From Bacteroidales bacterium (GTDB lineage Bacteria > Bacteroidota > Bacteroidia > Bacteroidales > VadinHA17), in contig PLLX01000164.1 in assembly GCA_003141415.1 (NCBI GenBank), forward strand, positions 44,030 through 108,029: a stretch of 64,000 bases of DNA. The letters run 5' to 3'. Made by a program: the position numbers and the translations under genes. The notes below the pieces were generated by a model that worked only from the letters and a program-made list of their open reading frames with translations, was not told the origin of the DNA and ran no database searches. Shown in pieces: positions 44,022 to 52,958 of the stretch (position 1 is its first letter; each line of letters opens with the position of its first letter).

Positions 44022-44934
44022 ATCAGAACTATTTAAGAGTATTAGCAATGATTTAAAAAACAGACTTCATCTGCTGGAAGATAAACCTGAGGAGACAATT
44101 GAAACAACATTAAAAGCGTTGTGGTTCACTGCTGCTGGATTTCCGGTTTCAGCAGAAGGTGCCCGTAAATTGTCAATACCTGATCTTACAGATAAGCAGA
44201 TAAAGAATTTACATCAATTAATAGAAATCAGACTCAATAATACTCCGCTTGCGCATATAACAAAACGGCAAAATTTCATGGGGATTGAATTGCTTTCCGA
44301 TAAGAGAGCATTAATCCCACGGAAAGAAACTGAATTATTAGGCAGGAAAGCCTTAGAGCTATCCAACAGAATTGTCAAATCAAGGGGTAAAATAAATGTT
44401 ATAGATGTTTGTTGTGGATCAGGAAATCTGGGTGTCGCCATTGCCCATTACAATACAAATTGCCATGTTTTCGCGACAGATATTTCACAGGAAGCTGTTG
44501 AACTCACCCAGGATAATATTAATTTATTGAATTTAAACCAGCGTGTACAAGTCAAACAAGGAGATTTATTATCTGTATTTGAAACCGATGAGTATTATGA
44601 AAAAACTGACCTCATTATCTGCAATCCTCCTTATATACTAAGTTCAAAAGTCCAAAAAATGGATTCAGAAATTGCATCTAATGAGCCGGTCCTTGCATTT
44701 GATGGTGGAATGCTTGGTATAAAAATAATTCAAAAATTAATTTCAGAAGCACCTAAGTATTTAACAATCGATGGCTGGTTGATTTTTGAAGTTGGGGCAG
44801 GACAAGGCAGCTTTATTGCACAACTTTGTGAAAGGTCACAGTTGTATCAACAAATTGAATCCGTGTCTGATGATTCAGGCAATACAAGAGTAATCTTAGC
44901 TCAAAAAGCTAAACCTGTTTACTCACAGTCTTAA
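44014..44934 (+). CDS. HemK/PrmC-family N5-glutamine-type methyltransferase
   Basis: PLAHITKRQNFMGIELLSDKRALIPRKETE, VIDVCCGSGNLG, DLIICNPPYI (NPPY) and EPVLAFDGG. I take the Met at 44014, whose ATG overlaps the ligase stop (ATGAATAA), rather than the track start at 43948. Confidence 0.8.
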   Translation: MNKSELFKSISNDLKNRLHLLEDKPEETIETTLKALWFTAAGFPVSAEGARKLSIPDLTDKQIKNLHQLIEIRLNNTPLAHITKRQNFMGIELLSDKRALIPRKETELLGRKALELSNRIVKSRGKINVIDVCCGSGNLGVAIAHYNTNCHVFATDISQEAVELTQDNINLLNLNQRVQVKQGDLLSVFETDEYYEKTDLIICNPPYILSSKVQKMDSEIASNEPVLAFDGGMLGIKIIQKLISEAPKYLTIDGWLIFEVGAGQGSFIAQLCERSQLYQQIESVSDDSGNTRVILAQKAKPVYSQS

Positions 44935-45013
44935 TGTTGAGGTGAAAAGCCTTCTATAAACGGAAATTATTACTTTCAGAGTACCGCCGTTAGCACTAGA
45001 GTTTGATTTAATT

Positions 45014-45069
45014 AAAAAAACACCCAGATTTTTGCTTGTTATTAGCCTTAATCGGCGTGTTTTCTTTTA
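45014..45069. terminator. Candidate bidirectional terminator between the two convergent polysaccharide operons
   Basis: aaaaaaa-caccc...ggcgtg-ttttctttt. An imperfect stem (aacac/gtgtt plus cc/gg with one bulge) is flanked by A7 on one side and a T-rich run on the other. The loop is unusually large (~30 nt). Confidence 0.3.
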
Positions 45070-45108
45070 GTCGTTGAGATAAGACTAATTATTAATTCTT
45101 CTGATACA

Positions 45109-45798
45109 TTACACTACTATTGTCTTTTTATAAACCTTTTCTGAATTCCCCAAAAAAAACGGAATTCCTCTTTTCTTAAATACTTTTAGCTCATATTCAT
45201 CGAAAATTTTAGATCCTCCTTCTGTATAAAATAATGTTAAGTCAGACACCGGAGTTCCAATTCCGATAATTTTAGCATTCATCTGACACAATTTACCAAA
45301 GAAGTTATCCTTGTCATTTTCTTTTTCAATAATATTATTTTCCTCAGAAATATTTTTTGCCATTCTACCCCAGACAGCCAATGTTCCAGCCGGACAAGGA
45401 CTTAGAATTGTATCAGGCATCTGGCTGAATAATTCATTAATGAGTTCGTATCGACTGAAACCTTTACAAATAGCATGAGGGAGTTTTGAAACAGGAACCT
45501 TGTTTTGTGTTTCTTGAAATGCAGGCATTAAAAGAGTTCCTCCGATACCGATAATCATCTTCAATAAATAAATTAAATCCTCCGGTTTAAAATCAACCAG
45601 ATTAATATTATCTAAAGATGCATGAACCATCACAATATCATTTCTGGTGATTTTCATATCATTAATGATAATATCAGCCAGTTGGACAAGTTTAATCCTT
45701 CTTTTTAATATAGAATTTCTGAAAAATATGAGCTTCCCATCAGAATAAATGAATTCTGAATGATTTACACCGCTATCTAATTGCACTTGACTTTTCAT
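45109..45798 (-). CDS. AAC(3)-family (aminoglycoside 3-N-acetyltransferase-like) acetyltransferase, probable amino-sugar N-acetyltransferase
   Basis: ITRNDIVMVHASLDNINLVDFKPEDLIYLLKMIIGIGGTLLMPAF and LSPCPAGTLAVWGRMA follow the Antibiotic_NAT pattern (VHSSL...GG...GTL.MPT; S.HP..S.AA.G). Confidence 0.55.
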   Translation of the reverse strand: MKSQVQLDSGVNHSEFIYSDGKLIFFRNSILKRRIKLVQLADIIINDMKITRNDIVMVHASLDNINLVDFKPEDLIYLLKMIIGIGGTLLMPAFQETQNKVPVSKLPHAICKGFSRYELINELFSQMPDTILSPCPAGTLAVWGRMAKNISEENNIIEKENDKDNFFGKLCQMNAKIIGIGTPVSDLTLFYTEGGSKIFDEYELKVFKKRGIPFFLGNSEKVYKKTIVV

Positions 45799-46895
45799 TA
45801 TTTCCCGTCAAATTTTTTTACTGCCTCAGAATAACTAATGAATTCCACTTCCTCAATTTTTTGACATGACTTAAAAAACAGTGACAGATTGTTGGCGAAA
45901 AAAAAATCTTTCGAATGGCCGATCATAACAACAGGAACAAAATTATAATCATTATTTTTTTTACAATCTGAAATAACCATTTTCATATATCGGGTTAACT
46001 CAGAATGGTCCCTCTGACAAAAATCGGCATAGTACCATCTTTGGCTCAGCATACTTTTTAACTTACTTAAAGTATTTGCTGGCCGATATGTTGGCATCAT
46101 CCCTTTTCCATAGACGCCCATGAAACCTGATATAATGTCATTAATATTTTTTTCCTTCTTCAGGTTTGATAATTTATTAGTTATTTTGTTTAAAAACCCT
46201 TTACTGTCTGACAATAAGGGAAATTCGTATATTTTTGATGTTTCATCTCTATCGCATATTTCAGTGTTGGATGCTTTCCAGGGCCGGTATTTTGAACTTG
46301 CGGAGGTATAATCTAATAATCTTAAGCTATCATCATTTTTCATTCCTTTTGATACAGATGAATCTGAAAGAAAACCGGCGTCTGTTAATGCTTTCATCAT
46401 ATTTTCTGAAGGTTGCATCTGCAGGAAACCAGCCCTGAAACAAATACACTGGTAATCAGGATTAACAGGGGTAAGAAGATTTTGAAGGTCATCTTTCCCT
46501 TTTTTTAAGTAGAAATATGCTTCATCGTAGTTATGACATAATCGTTCTATAGTTTTGCGTGAAAAATCCAGCCGCCAGCTCCCATCTTCAAATTTTGCGT
46601 CAATCCACTGAGGATGAAAATGCAGCTGGACATCATGTCCTCTTCTAACTGCATCTTTAAGCTGGGATTCAAATAAATCGATATCCCTTACGAATTGTTC
46701 CTTATATCTTTTCATTGCCCAATAATGACCCATTTCAGCCATTATTGTTAATTTAGCACCATAGACTTCAAATACATTAAGCATCTTAGCAGTAGGAAAA
46801 TAGGCCCAATTTTCAAATTCGCCGCTTCCGTTTCCATGGATCTCATAATCTAATGTAAAAACAAGGCCGATTTTCAATTTCCTTACCTGGTTCAT
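45798..46895 (-). CDS. Hypothetical protein, possibly polysaccharide-deacetylase-like beta/alpha barrel
   Basis: IGLVFTLDYEIHGNGSG and GHDVQLHFHPQW are reminiscent of metal-binding D/H motifs of deacetylase-like folds. This is a weak call made by eye. Confidence 0.35.
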   Translation of the reverse strand: MNQVRKLKIGLVFTLDYEIHGNGSGEFENWAYFPTAKMLNVFEVYGAKLTIMAEMGHYWAMKRYKEQFVRDIDLFESQLKDAVRRGHDVQLHFHPQWIDAKFEDGSWRLDFSRKTIERLCHNYDEAYFYLKKGKDDLQNLLTPVNPDYQCICFRAGFLQMQPSENMMKALTDAGFLSDSSVSKGMKNDDSLRLLDYTSASSKYRPWKASNTEICDRDETSKIYEFPLLSDSKGFLNKITNKLSNLKKEKNINDIISGFMGVYGKGMMPTYRPANTLSKLKSMLSQRWYYADFCQRDHSELTRYMKMVISDCKKNNDYNFVPVVMIGHSKDFFFANNLSLFFKSCQKIEEVEFISYSEAVKKFDGK

Positions 46896-46968
46896 TATAC
46901 TATAATTTTTGGCTGGAATTATCAGAATTCAAAAAATCGAGTTCTGGTATCATTTTATCTTAAAAAGA

Positions 46969-47610
46969 TTATTTAGGAGACAAATTCCAACTTTTAATTA
47001 TGACTACTTTACAGGGATTTCCTATTGCGATTGCATTTTTAGGAATGCTACTAATTACTACACTATTAGCGCCAATAACAGCATTTTCACCTATTGTAAT
47101 ACCTTTTAAAATCATACAGTTAGTTCCAATGAAAACATTATCCTCAATTGTTATTGGTCTTGCAGGAATATCAACCATATCATGTCTTTTATCCGGATCA
47201 GCATGGTGAAAATCATTGTCTATAATCATACTGTGCGCACCGATCATAACATTATTGCCTATTTTAATTTTTATGGCAGCAAGCAATGTAATTCCCGATC
47301 CACCGGAATTATTACCAATTATAATTTCGGATTTTTTCCTTAATGTAACAAAGGTACATCGCTTTTGCAAACCGACACGAACAGAATTCTTTGCAGAGTT
47401 AAATCTACAGCAATCACCTATAACAATATCAGAATTCTCGAATCTGCGTATTTCTGGAAATCCATTGAAAATCACTTCCTTACCTATTTTAACTCCTTTA
47501 ATACGGCAACCAAGATGTATCAGTGAATTAAAAAGAAAAATGTTGCATTTATTCCCGTATCTGAATATCCGCTCAAAAAACCAGCCGATTATATCAAAGT
47601 TATTATTCAC
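46969..47610 (-). CDS. Hexapeptide-repeat (LbH) O-acetyltransferase, WcaF/maltose-acetyltransferase-like
   Basis: IGNNVMIGAHSMIIDNDFHH...ITIEDNVFIGTNCMILKGITIGENAVIGANSVV. Confidence 0.85.
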   Translation of the reverse strand: MNNNFDIIGWFFERIFRYGNKCNIFLFNSLIHLGCRIKGVKIGKEVIFNGFPEIRRFENSDIVIGDCCRFNSAKNSVRVGLQKRCTFVTLRKKSEIIIGNNSGGSGITLLAAIKIKIGNNVMIGAHSMIIDNDFHHADPDKRHDMVDIPARPITIEDNVFIGTNCMILKGITIGENAVIGANSVVISSIPKNAIAIGNPCKVVIIKSWNLSPK

Positions 47611-47667
47611 GATAGTTGAGATTAGATTAATACTTTCATTAAATATTCCTGAAATATAATAAGGAAA

Positions 47668-48531
47668 TTATACATTCTCCGGTTTATGTTCACCGGTTAA
47701 AGTCGTTTCAGAACCATTTGTATTTATTACATCAATAATTCTATTAAACAATAATTCTGCGGCATAACCGGAAAAAATTTCATTTGGATGAGAATTTCCT
47801 GCAGAAAAAGCATTCTCAGCTTTTAAATAAATACCTCCCCCTGTTTGTAGATTATAAAAGTCCCAGATATAAATATTATCATCCGGACGATCCCACTCTT
47901 TTACAACCCAGTCAAAAAAATCTTTTGCTCTTTTAGCCTCATCCTCTGATAATTGAGATTTAACGCGGGCAGCACCGGTAAACAAAATAAATTTTGTATC
48001 GGGAAATTCGCATAACTTATCTCTCAAAGCAAGATATTGTAGTTTATAGTTACCGATTGATTTATAATCCGAATTTATATCGCTAAAGTCTTTGTCAGAT
48101 TGAATATTGCTCACCGGGAAACAATGTTTAAATATGATTACCTTATATTTCCTGGTCAGCATTTCCAGAGATGGTTCTTCCATAAAGGAATTATTCCCGC
48201 CATTCTTCACCCAGATATTATAATAATCATAAGGATAATTATGCCAGCCATAAGGAGAGCTTTTCGGAAAAGTCAACTCAGTGATTTTATGGTTTGTATT
48301 AAAATCTTTATTGTACTTCTGAAATAATTCAGGCAGAGCTGCCATCTTATGGAATTTATATGATAATCTATGACTTGCTTTTTCAATAATTTTTGAGATA
48401 AGGGTCGACCGGTTGCCATTCCAGATATTTTGTCCGGTACTATGATGTAAAAAGACAACTCGAATATCTTTTGTATCGTTTGACTTATTAAAGCTATTCA
48501 TATACATTCTCACAATGAAAGTCGCTATCAA
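47668..48531 (-). CDS. Hypothetical protein, possible SGNH/GDSL-like esterase fold
   Basis: VVFLHHSTGQNIW could be block I and GNSHPNE could be block V (D..HPN-like). Weak call; start codon uncertain. Confidence 0.3.
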   Translation of the reverse strand: MIATFIVRMYMNSFNKSNDTKDIRVVFLHHSTGQNIWNGNRSTLISKIIEKASHRLSYKFHKMAALPELFQKYNKDFNTNHKITELTFPKSSPYGWHNYPYDYYNIWVKNGGNNSFMEEPSLEMLTRKYKVIIFKHCFPVSNIQSDKDFSDINSDYKSIGNYKLQYLALRDKLCEFPDTKFILFTGAARVKSQLSEDEAKRAKDFFDWVVKEWDRPDDNIYIWDFYNLQTGGGIYLKAENAFSAGNSHPNEIFSGYAAELLFNRIIDVINTNGSETTLTGEHKPENV

Positions 48532-48556
48532 AATTACTGAAATAGGCTAACATTAA

Positions 48557-50698
48557 CTATTGTTCAACCTGAATCCGGACTCTCTGATTGGCTGGAATAT
48601 CAAACCAGAAGATAGTATTATCTCCCTCTTGTCTTAATTTTGGAGTTTCACCATCTACAGTGACAGTTTTACCCATGACAACAAGAGATAGTCCTTTAAC
48701 AGATTGTTTATTAGCATTATTAACAAAGATTGTCCCATCCGGCATGTAATCAAATGATATTTTATCGGTTAGAATCCAGTAATCCAACAGATCCTTAATT
48801 GTCGTAATGCACAGGTCACCTTTATCCCGCATCTGAGCCATCATTTCAAGAATTTTGTCAAAATATGGATTGATTACTATTTTCCCGTCTTGCAGGCTCA
48901 AAACGTCATCTTTGGTATTCCGAACAAAATAACCATGGTTAAAGAAAACACCCCAGTCTGATATCAGATTGTCAAGTAATTTCTTTTCAATATTAACTTT
49001 CCTATCCGATAAATTGCTGTAGATCTTCTCGTAATCGGTTACCCATGAATAGAAGTCTCTGGTTCTAGTAAAATGCTGCCATGCGAGCGGAGTAGGATAA
49101 GAATTTCCCTTATATGTTTTTAGTGAGTTCAATTCTCCATTGTAAACATAAAATGTGATCATTTCTTTGAATGCTGTATAAAAACTGATCTTCTGTAGTT
49201 CATCCGGTGAAAGATAGCGTTTCCAAAGGTTTACAGAAACGTCAAATAATTTCAGTTTCTTTATTTTTTCTTTAAGTGAATAATTTCTGATCATCTCAAC
49301 CGCCGGACTCCAAAAATAACAAGTTCCGTATTTTTCCCATAAATCAGCGGAATAAAACGCGGAATTTGAATTTAATCCGTCAGCAACAATAGCTTCCCGA
49401 TTAATTTGACCACTGTACATTCCATGGTCAATCCATGACTTTGTGTCAAACCTGTTCTTCATGAATTTGATAGACTCCTCCAACACTTCATGATTTGAGT
49501 TTAAGTTTTCGGGAGTATGTAAGCATATATCATAAAGACCCGTTGCATTTAGCTGATCCAGGAAATCCAGAAATTGCGGAAAATCAGGATCATCACGAAT
49601 TGAACTATATACCGCAGTATCAGGATCAGCATAGAAAACACTCTTCGTGACAGGAATCTTATGTCCTGCAAAACCGCCTGTTGCATTATTAATGTCTGAA
49701 ATATCTTCGGAACCGAAATAGGCTGCCCTATGGGTTTTAATTGAGCCACCATCAGCATGTTCAGTAAATATATAACCTGCAAGATATCCGTTTGGAACCA
49801 GCATAAATCTTGGTGTAATCTTAGGGATACCCCCAAAATAGATGGAAAAATTGTTTTTTCTAACATCCCCGGCAATGTACTTTGCCTTCGAAAGATCAAC
49901 CCATTTGCCTCCCCCTCCTTTCTGATATGGTATATTTATGAAAGGATGATCAAGATAATAGTCAAGATTTACAAATAGCAGGTTTTTCCTTGTATCTAAT
50001 TGCAAAGATGAGACATTAGGTGTATGATAAATCATTGCTGATCTCAAACCATTGCCGAAACGCAAACCCTGTTTCTGAAGCCAGTATTCCGGAGAAAAGG
50101 ATCCAAAATCAACCTGCCTGTTTTTCAGGTAAACCTCAGATACGGAAACACCAAATGATGCCACCACCGACTCGCGGCTAACAGTAATAGTTCCCATATA
50201 AAGGGTATTAATACTAATATCCAATTTTGGTTTATCCTTATGAACCGTCATTGCAAGCGTTACATATACGCCTGATTGCCCCTCACCTGCAATTGATATT
50301 ATGCTGTCATTCATTAATTTAGCTGTCATGTTATTCAACCCCCATTTTTCGCCAATACCTTCATAATCGGCATAATATGTAAGGTTCGACAGGATAGTGT
50401 CTCCTTCAACTGATTTTACCATAATCCTCCCATCGCCCTGTACCAAACAAGTATACCCGGAGCATTTGAGTGCGATCGATTTTAATCCTTTATGATTTGG
50501 TTTTAAATCAACCGAATGAATTTCAGGTAAATATGATACCGGTTTTGAAGCAGAAAAATATCCAAGTGCTATGAAAGTTCCAATTGAAAGACAAATAATC
50601 AATAAAACCCAGGGTATGATTCCAAAGATTATTTTTGTGTGCCTGATCAAAAAAGTTTTAGTTTTTATTTTTGTCCCCACCCAACTTTGGTAGCTCAT
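48557..50698 (-). CDS. 713-aa membrane-anchored protein of unknown function
   Basis: Single N-terminal TM helix (IIFGIIPWVLLIICLSIGTFIALGYF) followed by a large extracytoplasmic domain. YIFTEHADGGS, CLHTPEN and SWIDHG hint at a metal-dependent hydrolase, but I cannot assign a family. Confidence 0.5.
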   Translation of the reverse strand: MSYQSWVGTKIKTKTFLIRHTKIIFGIIPWVLLIICLSIGTFIALGYFSASKPVSYLPEIHSVDLKPNHKGLKSIALKCSGYTCLVQGDGRIMVKSVEGDTILSNLTYYADYEGIGEKWGLNNMTAKLMNDSIISIAGEGQSGVYVTLAMTVHKDKPKLDISINTLYMGTITVSRESVVASFGVSVSEVYLKNRQVDFGSFSPEYWLQKQGLRFGNGLRSAMIYHTPNVSSLQLDTRKNLLFVNLDYYLDHPFINIPYQKGGGGKWVDLSKAKYIAGDVRKNNFSIYFGGIPKITPRFMLVPNGYLAGYIFTEHADGGSIKTHRAAYFGSEDISDINNATGGFAGHKIPVTKSVFYADPDTAVYSSIRDDPDFPQFLDFLDQLNATGLYDICLHTPENLNSNHEVLEESIKFMKNRFDTKSWIDHGMYSGQINREAIVADGLNSNSAFYSADLWEKYGTCYFWSPAVEMIRNYSLKEKIKKLKLFDVSVNLWKRYLSPDELQKISFYTAFKEMITFYVYNGELNSLKTYKGNSYPTPLAWQHFTRTRDFYSWVTDYEKIYSNLSDRKVNIEKKLLDNLISDWGVFFNHGYFVRNTKDDVLSLQDGKIVINPYFDKILEMMAQMRDKGDLCITTIKDLLDYWILTDKISFDYMPDGTIFVNNANKQSVKGLSLVVMGKTVTVDGETPKLRQEGDNTIFWFDIPANQRVRIQVEQ

Positions 50699-50860
50699 AT
50701 TCTTAATAAAAATTTGATTACTGCTATTTTAGTACTTGTTGATATACAATTTTTCTATGATAGCTAATATCGGGAAAGCCGCGTGTCCCTTATACAAAAA
50801 TTTTTAAACTAAATAAATATTATATTATACAATTCGTTGGATTCTGGCTGGATCTTTTAT

Positions 50861-51943
50861 TTAGTTTCCCGAAAGGGACATATCTGAAAATAATTTTAAG
50901 TAATTCTCCGTCATTTTCTCTACAGAAAATTCATTTTTTATAATTCTATAACTGTTGTTACCAAATTCTTTTCTTGTGTTATCAAAGTTAGCTAAGTATT
51001 CTAATTTCTCTACAATAGAATTAACATCACGACATGGAACGAGAAATCCATTATATCTATTTTTAATTAAATACCCGTTATCTCCGACTTCAGTTGCAAT
51101 AACCGGTAATCCTGCGACCATTGCCTCCATAATAGAGTTTGAAAGTCCCTCAAAAAGAGATGTGCTGAGATAAATGTCGCAGGTTTTAAGAATATCATAA
51201 ATATTCGGAGGATTAATCAAAATTTCAACCTCCTCATTCAGATTAAGTTGTCTTACCAGTAATTTTATTTCATTTTCCATTGGACCATATCCGACAACAT
51301 AGTATTTAAATCTATCAACTCTGTTCTTTTCTATCAGAAGCTTAAAAGAATTTAGTGCAGTTGGAAAATCTTTTGACCTCACAAAACGTGCTACTGTAAT
51401 AATATTTATCCCATTTTTATTTCCATTGCTCTTATATAGTTCCGGAACACTAATTGCATTATGAATTACACATATTTTCCTAGGGTTGAAACCCATCTTT
51501 GTAAATTTAATCTTTGCAGAATAATTATTAAAGACAGTAACATCATTAAGGTAATTATGAACTATCTTTTCAGATAGGAATTTGTAAAAAGGGAACTTTT
51601 CAGTTCTTATTCCTCCGATGGTTTTAAGCTTTCTGTTGAATAATTTACTAATACCTGCAACACAATTAGGTAAGGTAAGGTAAGATATGATTATTGAAAT
51701 TTTTTCATTTTTTATAACCTTTTGGAAATGAATAAATTTCATTATGATATTCCCAAATAATCCTATATATCTTATCGCATTGTCCTGAATATAGTCGGAG
51801 TTTGACTTATCAATTTTATCGCCACTCCAGTTAACTAAAATAATTTCTTTCCCCTTATCTGCTAACTGTTTTGAAAGAATTAATGCTTGTTTTTCAGCTC
51901 CTCCTTTTGTTAGTGTTTTACAAAAGATTAGTATAGGATTCAT
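50861..51943 (-). CDS. Glycosyltransferase family 4 (GT-B, retaining type)
   Basis: FCKTLTKGGAEKQ at the N-terminus. C-terminal EGLSNSIMEAMVAGLPVIATEVGDNGYLI is the E-x7-E region. Confidence 0.85.
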   Translation of the reverse strand: MNPILIFCKTLTKGGAEKQALILSKQLADKGKEIILVNWSGDKIDKSNSDYIQDNAIRYIGLFGNIIMKFIHFQKVIKNEKISIIISYLTLPNCVAGISKLFNRKLKTIGGIRTEKFPFYKFLSEKIVHNYLNDVTVFNNYSAKIKFTKMGFNPRKICVIHNAISVPELYKSNGNKNGINIITVARFVRSKDFPTALNSFKLLIEKNRVDRFKYYVVGYGPMENEIKLLVRQLNLNEEVEILINPPNIYDILKTCDIYLSTSLFEGLSNSIMEAMVAGLPVIATEVGDNGYLIKNRYNGFLVPCRDVNSIVEKLEYLANFDNTRKEFGNNSYRIIKNEFSVEKMTENYLKLFSDMSLSGN

Positions 51944-51982
51944 TTATTAATTATGGGTTAGTTTTCGACAGAAGGGTTCAGG

Positions 51983-52920
51983 TTACTGATTCCAAATACC
52001 AACTGCTCTGTTATTCAGTATTTTCCGGTACTGTATAGGCGACCAGATGCATTTACCACGCCTAATAAACAAGTAGATAATATGACTCCATAGATTCCCA
52101 GATGCTTCCCTAACAAAATTGCCATCGGAATATTTATTAACGCTGCAAATATACTGGTATATAATTGCAGCTTTATTTTTCCTACTCCATTCAAAAATTG
52201 TGAAAAAAGATTGTACCAGCCATTAATAATAACATAAAATGCAATAACTACTGAAATACTAATGGGCACTTTAATTTCTTTGCCCACCCACGTTTTGTAA
52301 ATAAAAATCGAGAAAATCAGCATTACCACGGTGATAATCCCGATAAGTGCCCAAACCATAATAAGCTTATTTACAGTATTTTTAATCCACCAATAATCTT
52401 TTTTTATCCATGCTTCAGTAGTAGCACTCCAGAAAGGCATCATAATTATGCTCAAGATCATTGTAATAATGCTGAAGTATTTATAGGCAACATTAAAGGA
52501 AGTAACCTATACGGGTCCAAATAGTTGTGCAATTATTATATTATTTGTCTGATATAAAATCACTCCTGCCATTTGTATTATGAAGAATTTAATTCCCAGG
52601 GTCATTAGGTCCCGCGCATAATGAAACTTAACATACTTTAGGGAAGGAGCAAATTTATTTCGTAGACCATGACCCAAACCTACATCAAAAAAACTAAACC
52701 AGCCTACTATTGAACTTAATGTAAGCCATATTTCGTATCGGGTAGGAATTAACATAATGGATGGTGATTGGAACTATCAGTAGACTTACAGCGATGCTGC
52801 AACCTCTTATAATTGCGATAAACAGAATATTCTTTTTGGCATTTATACTTGCTGATTACCCTGGGTAAAAAAGTTTTTTATAAACCCTGGCATCCTCGAA
52901 GGAAGATGACTGTATTTCAT
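51983..52920 (-). pseudogene. wzx: Wzx-type oligosaccharide flippase, multiply disrupted
   Basis: Flippase-like segments in order:
- MKYSHLPSRMPGFIKNFFTQGNQQV, then TAA at 52843-52845.
- SINAKKNILFIAIIRGCSIAVSLLIVPITIHYVN in another frame.
- PTRYEIWLTLSSIVGWFSFFDVGLGHGLRNKFA joined directly to PSLKYVKFHYARDLMTLGIKFFIIQ...IIAQLFGPV.
- An in-frame TAG at 52507-52509.
- VTSFNVAYKYFSIITMILSIIMMPFWSA...NGVGKIKLQLY...
- A final frameshift near 52045-52062, after which another frame reads CIWSPIQYRKILNNRAVGIWNQ* ending at 51983. Confidence 0.75.
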
Positions 52921-52958
52921 CGAATTATATCACTAGGAATTATGATTTTCGTGAAGCA

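Noticed and set aside
47216-47659. Long plus-strand ORFs (147 aa here; also 52849-53412 at 187 aa and 47000-47209 at 69 aa) lying opposite the hexapeptide acetyltransferase genes.
   Set aside because: Their I/L/P/T-rich, repetitive translations are the mirror image of the hexapeptide repeat on the other strand. The minus-strand frames carry the recognisable LbH motifs and fit the operon.
52507-52509. Possibility that the in-frame TAG in wzx, and the in-frame TAA in fnlC at 55108-55110, reflect stop-codon reassignment or programmed readthrough.
   Set aside because: Many conserved genes in the window terminate at TAA, TAG or TGA exactly at the expected protein length (for example PorP/SprF and the ACP end in TAG). 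The wzx gene also carries frameshifts and a deletion, so ordinary nonsense mutations are the simpler reading.
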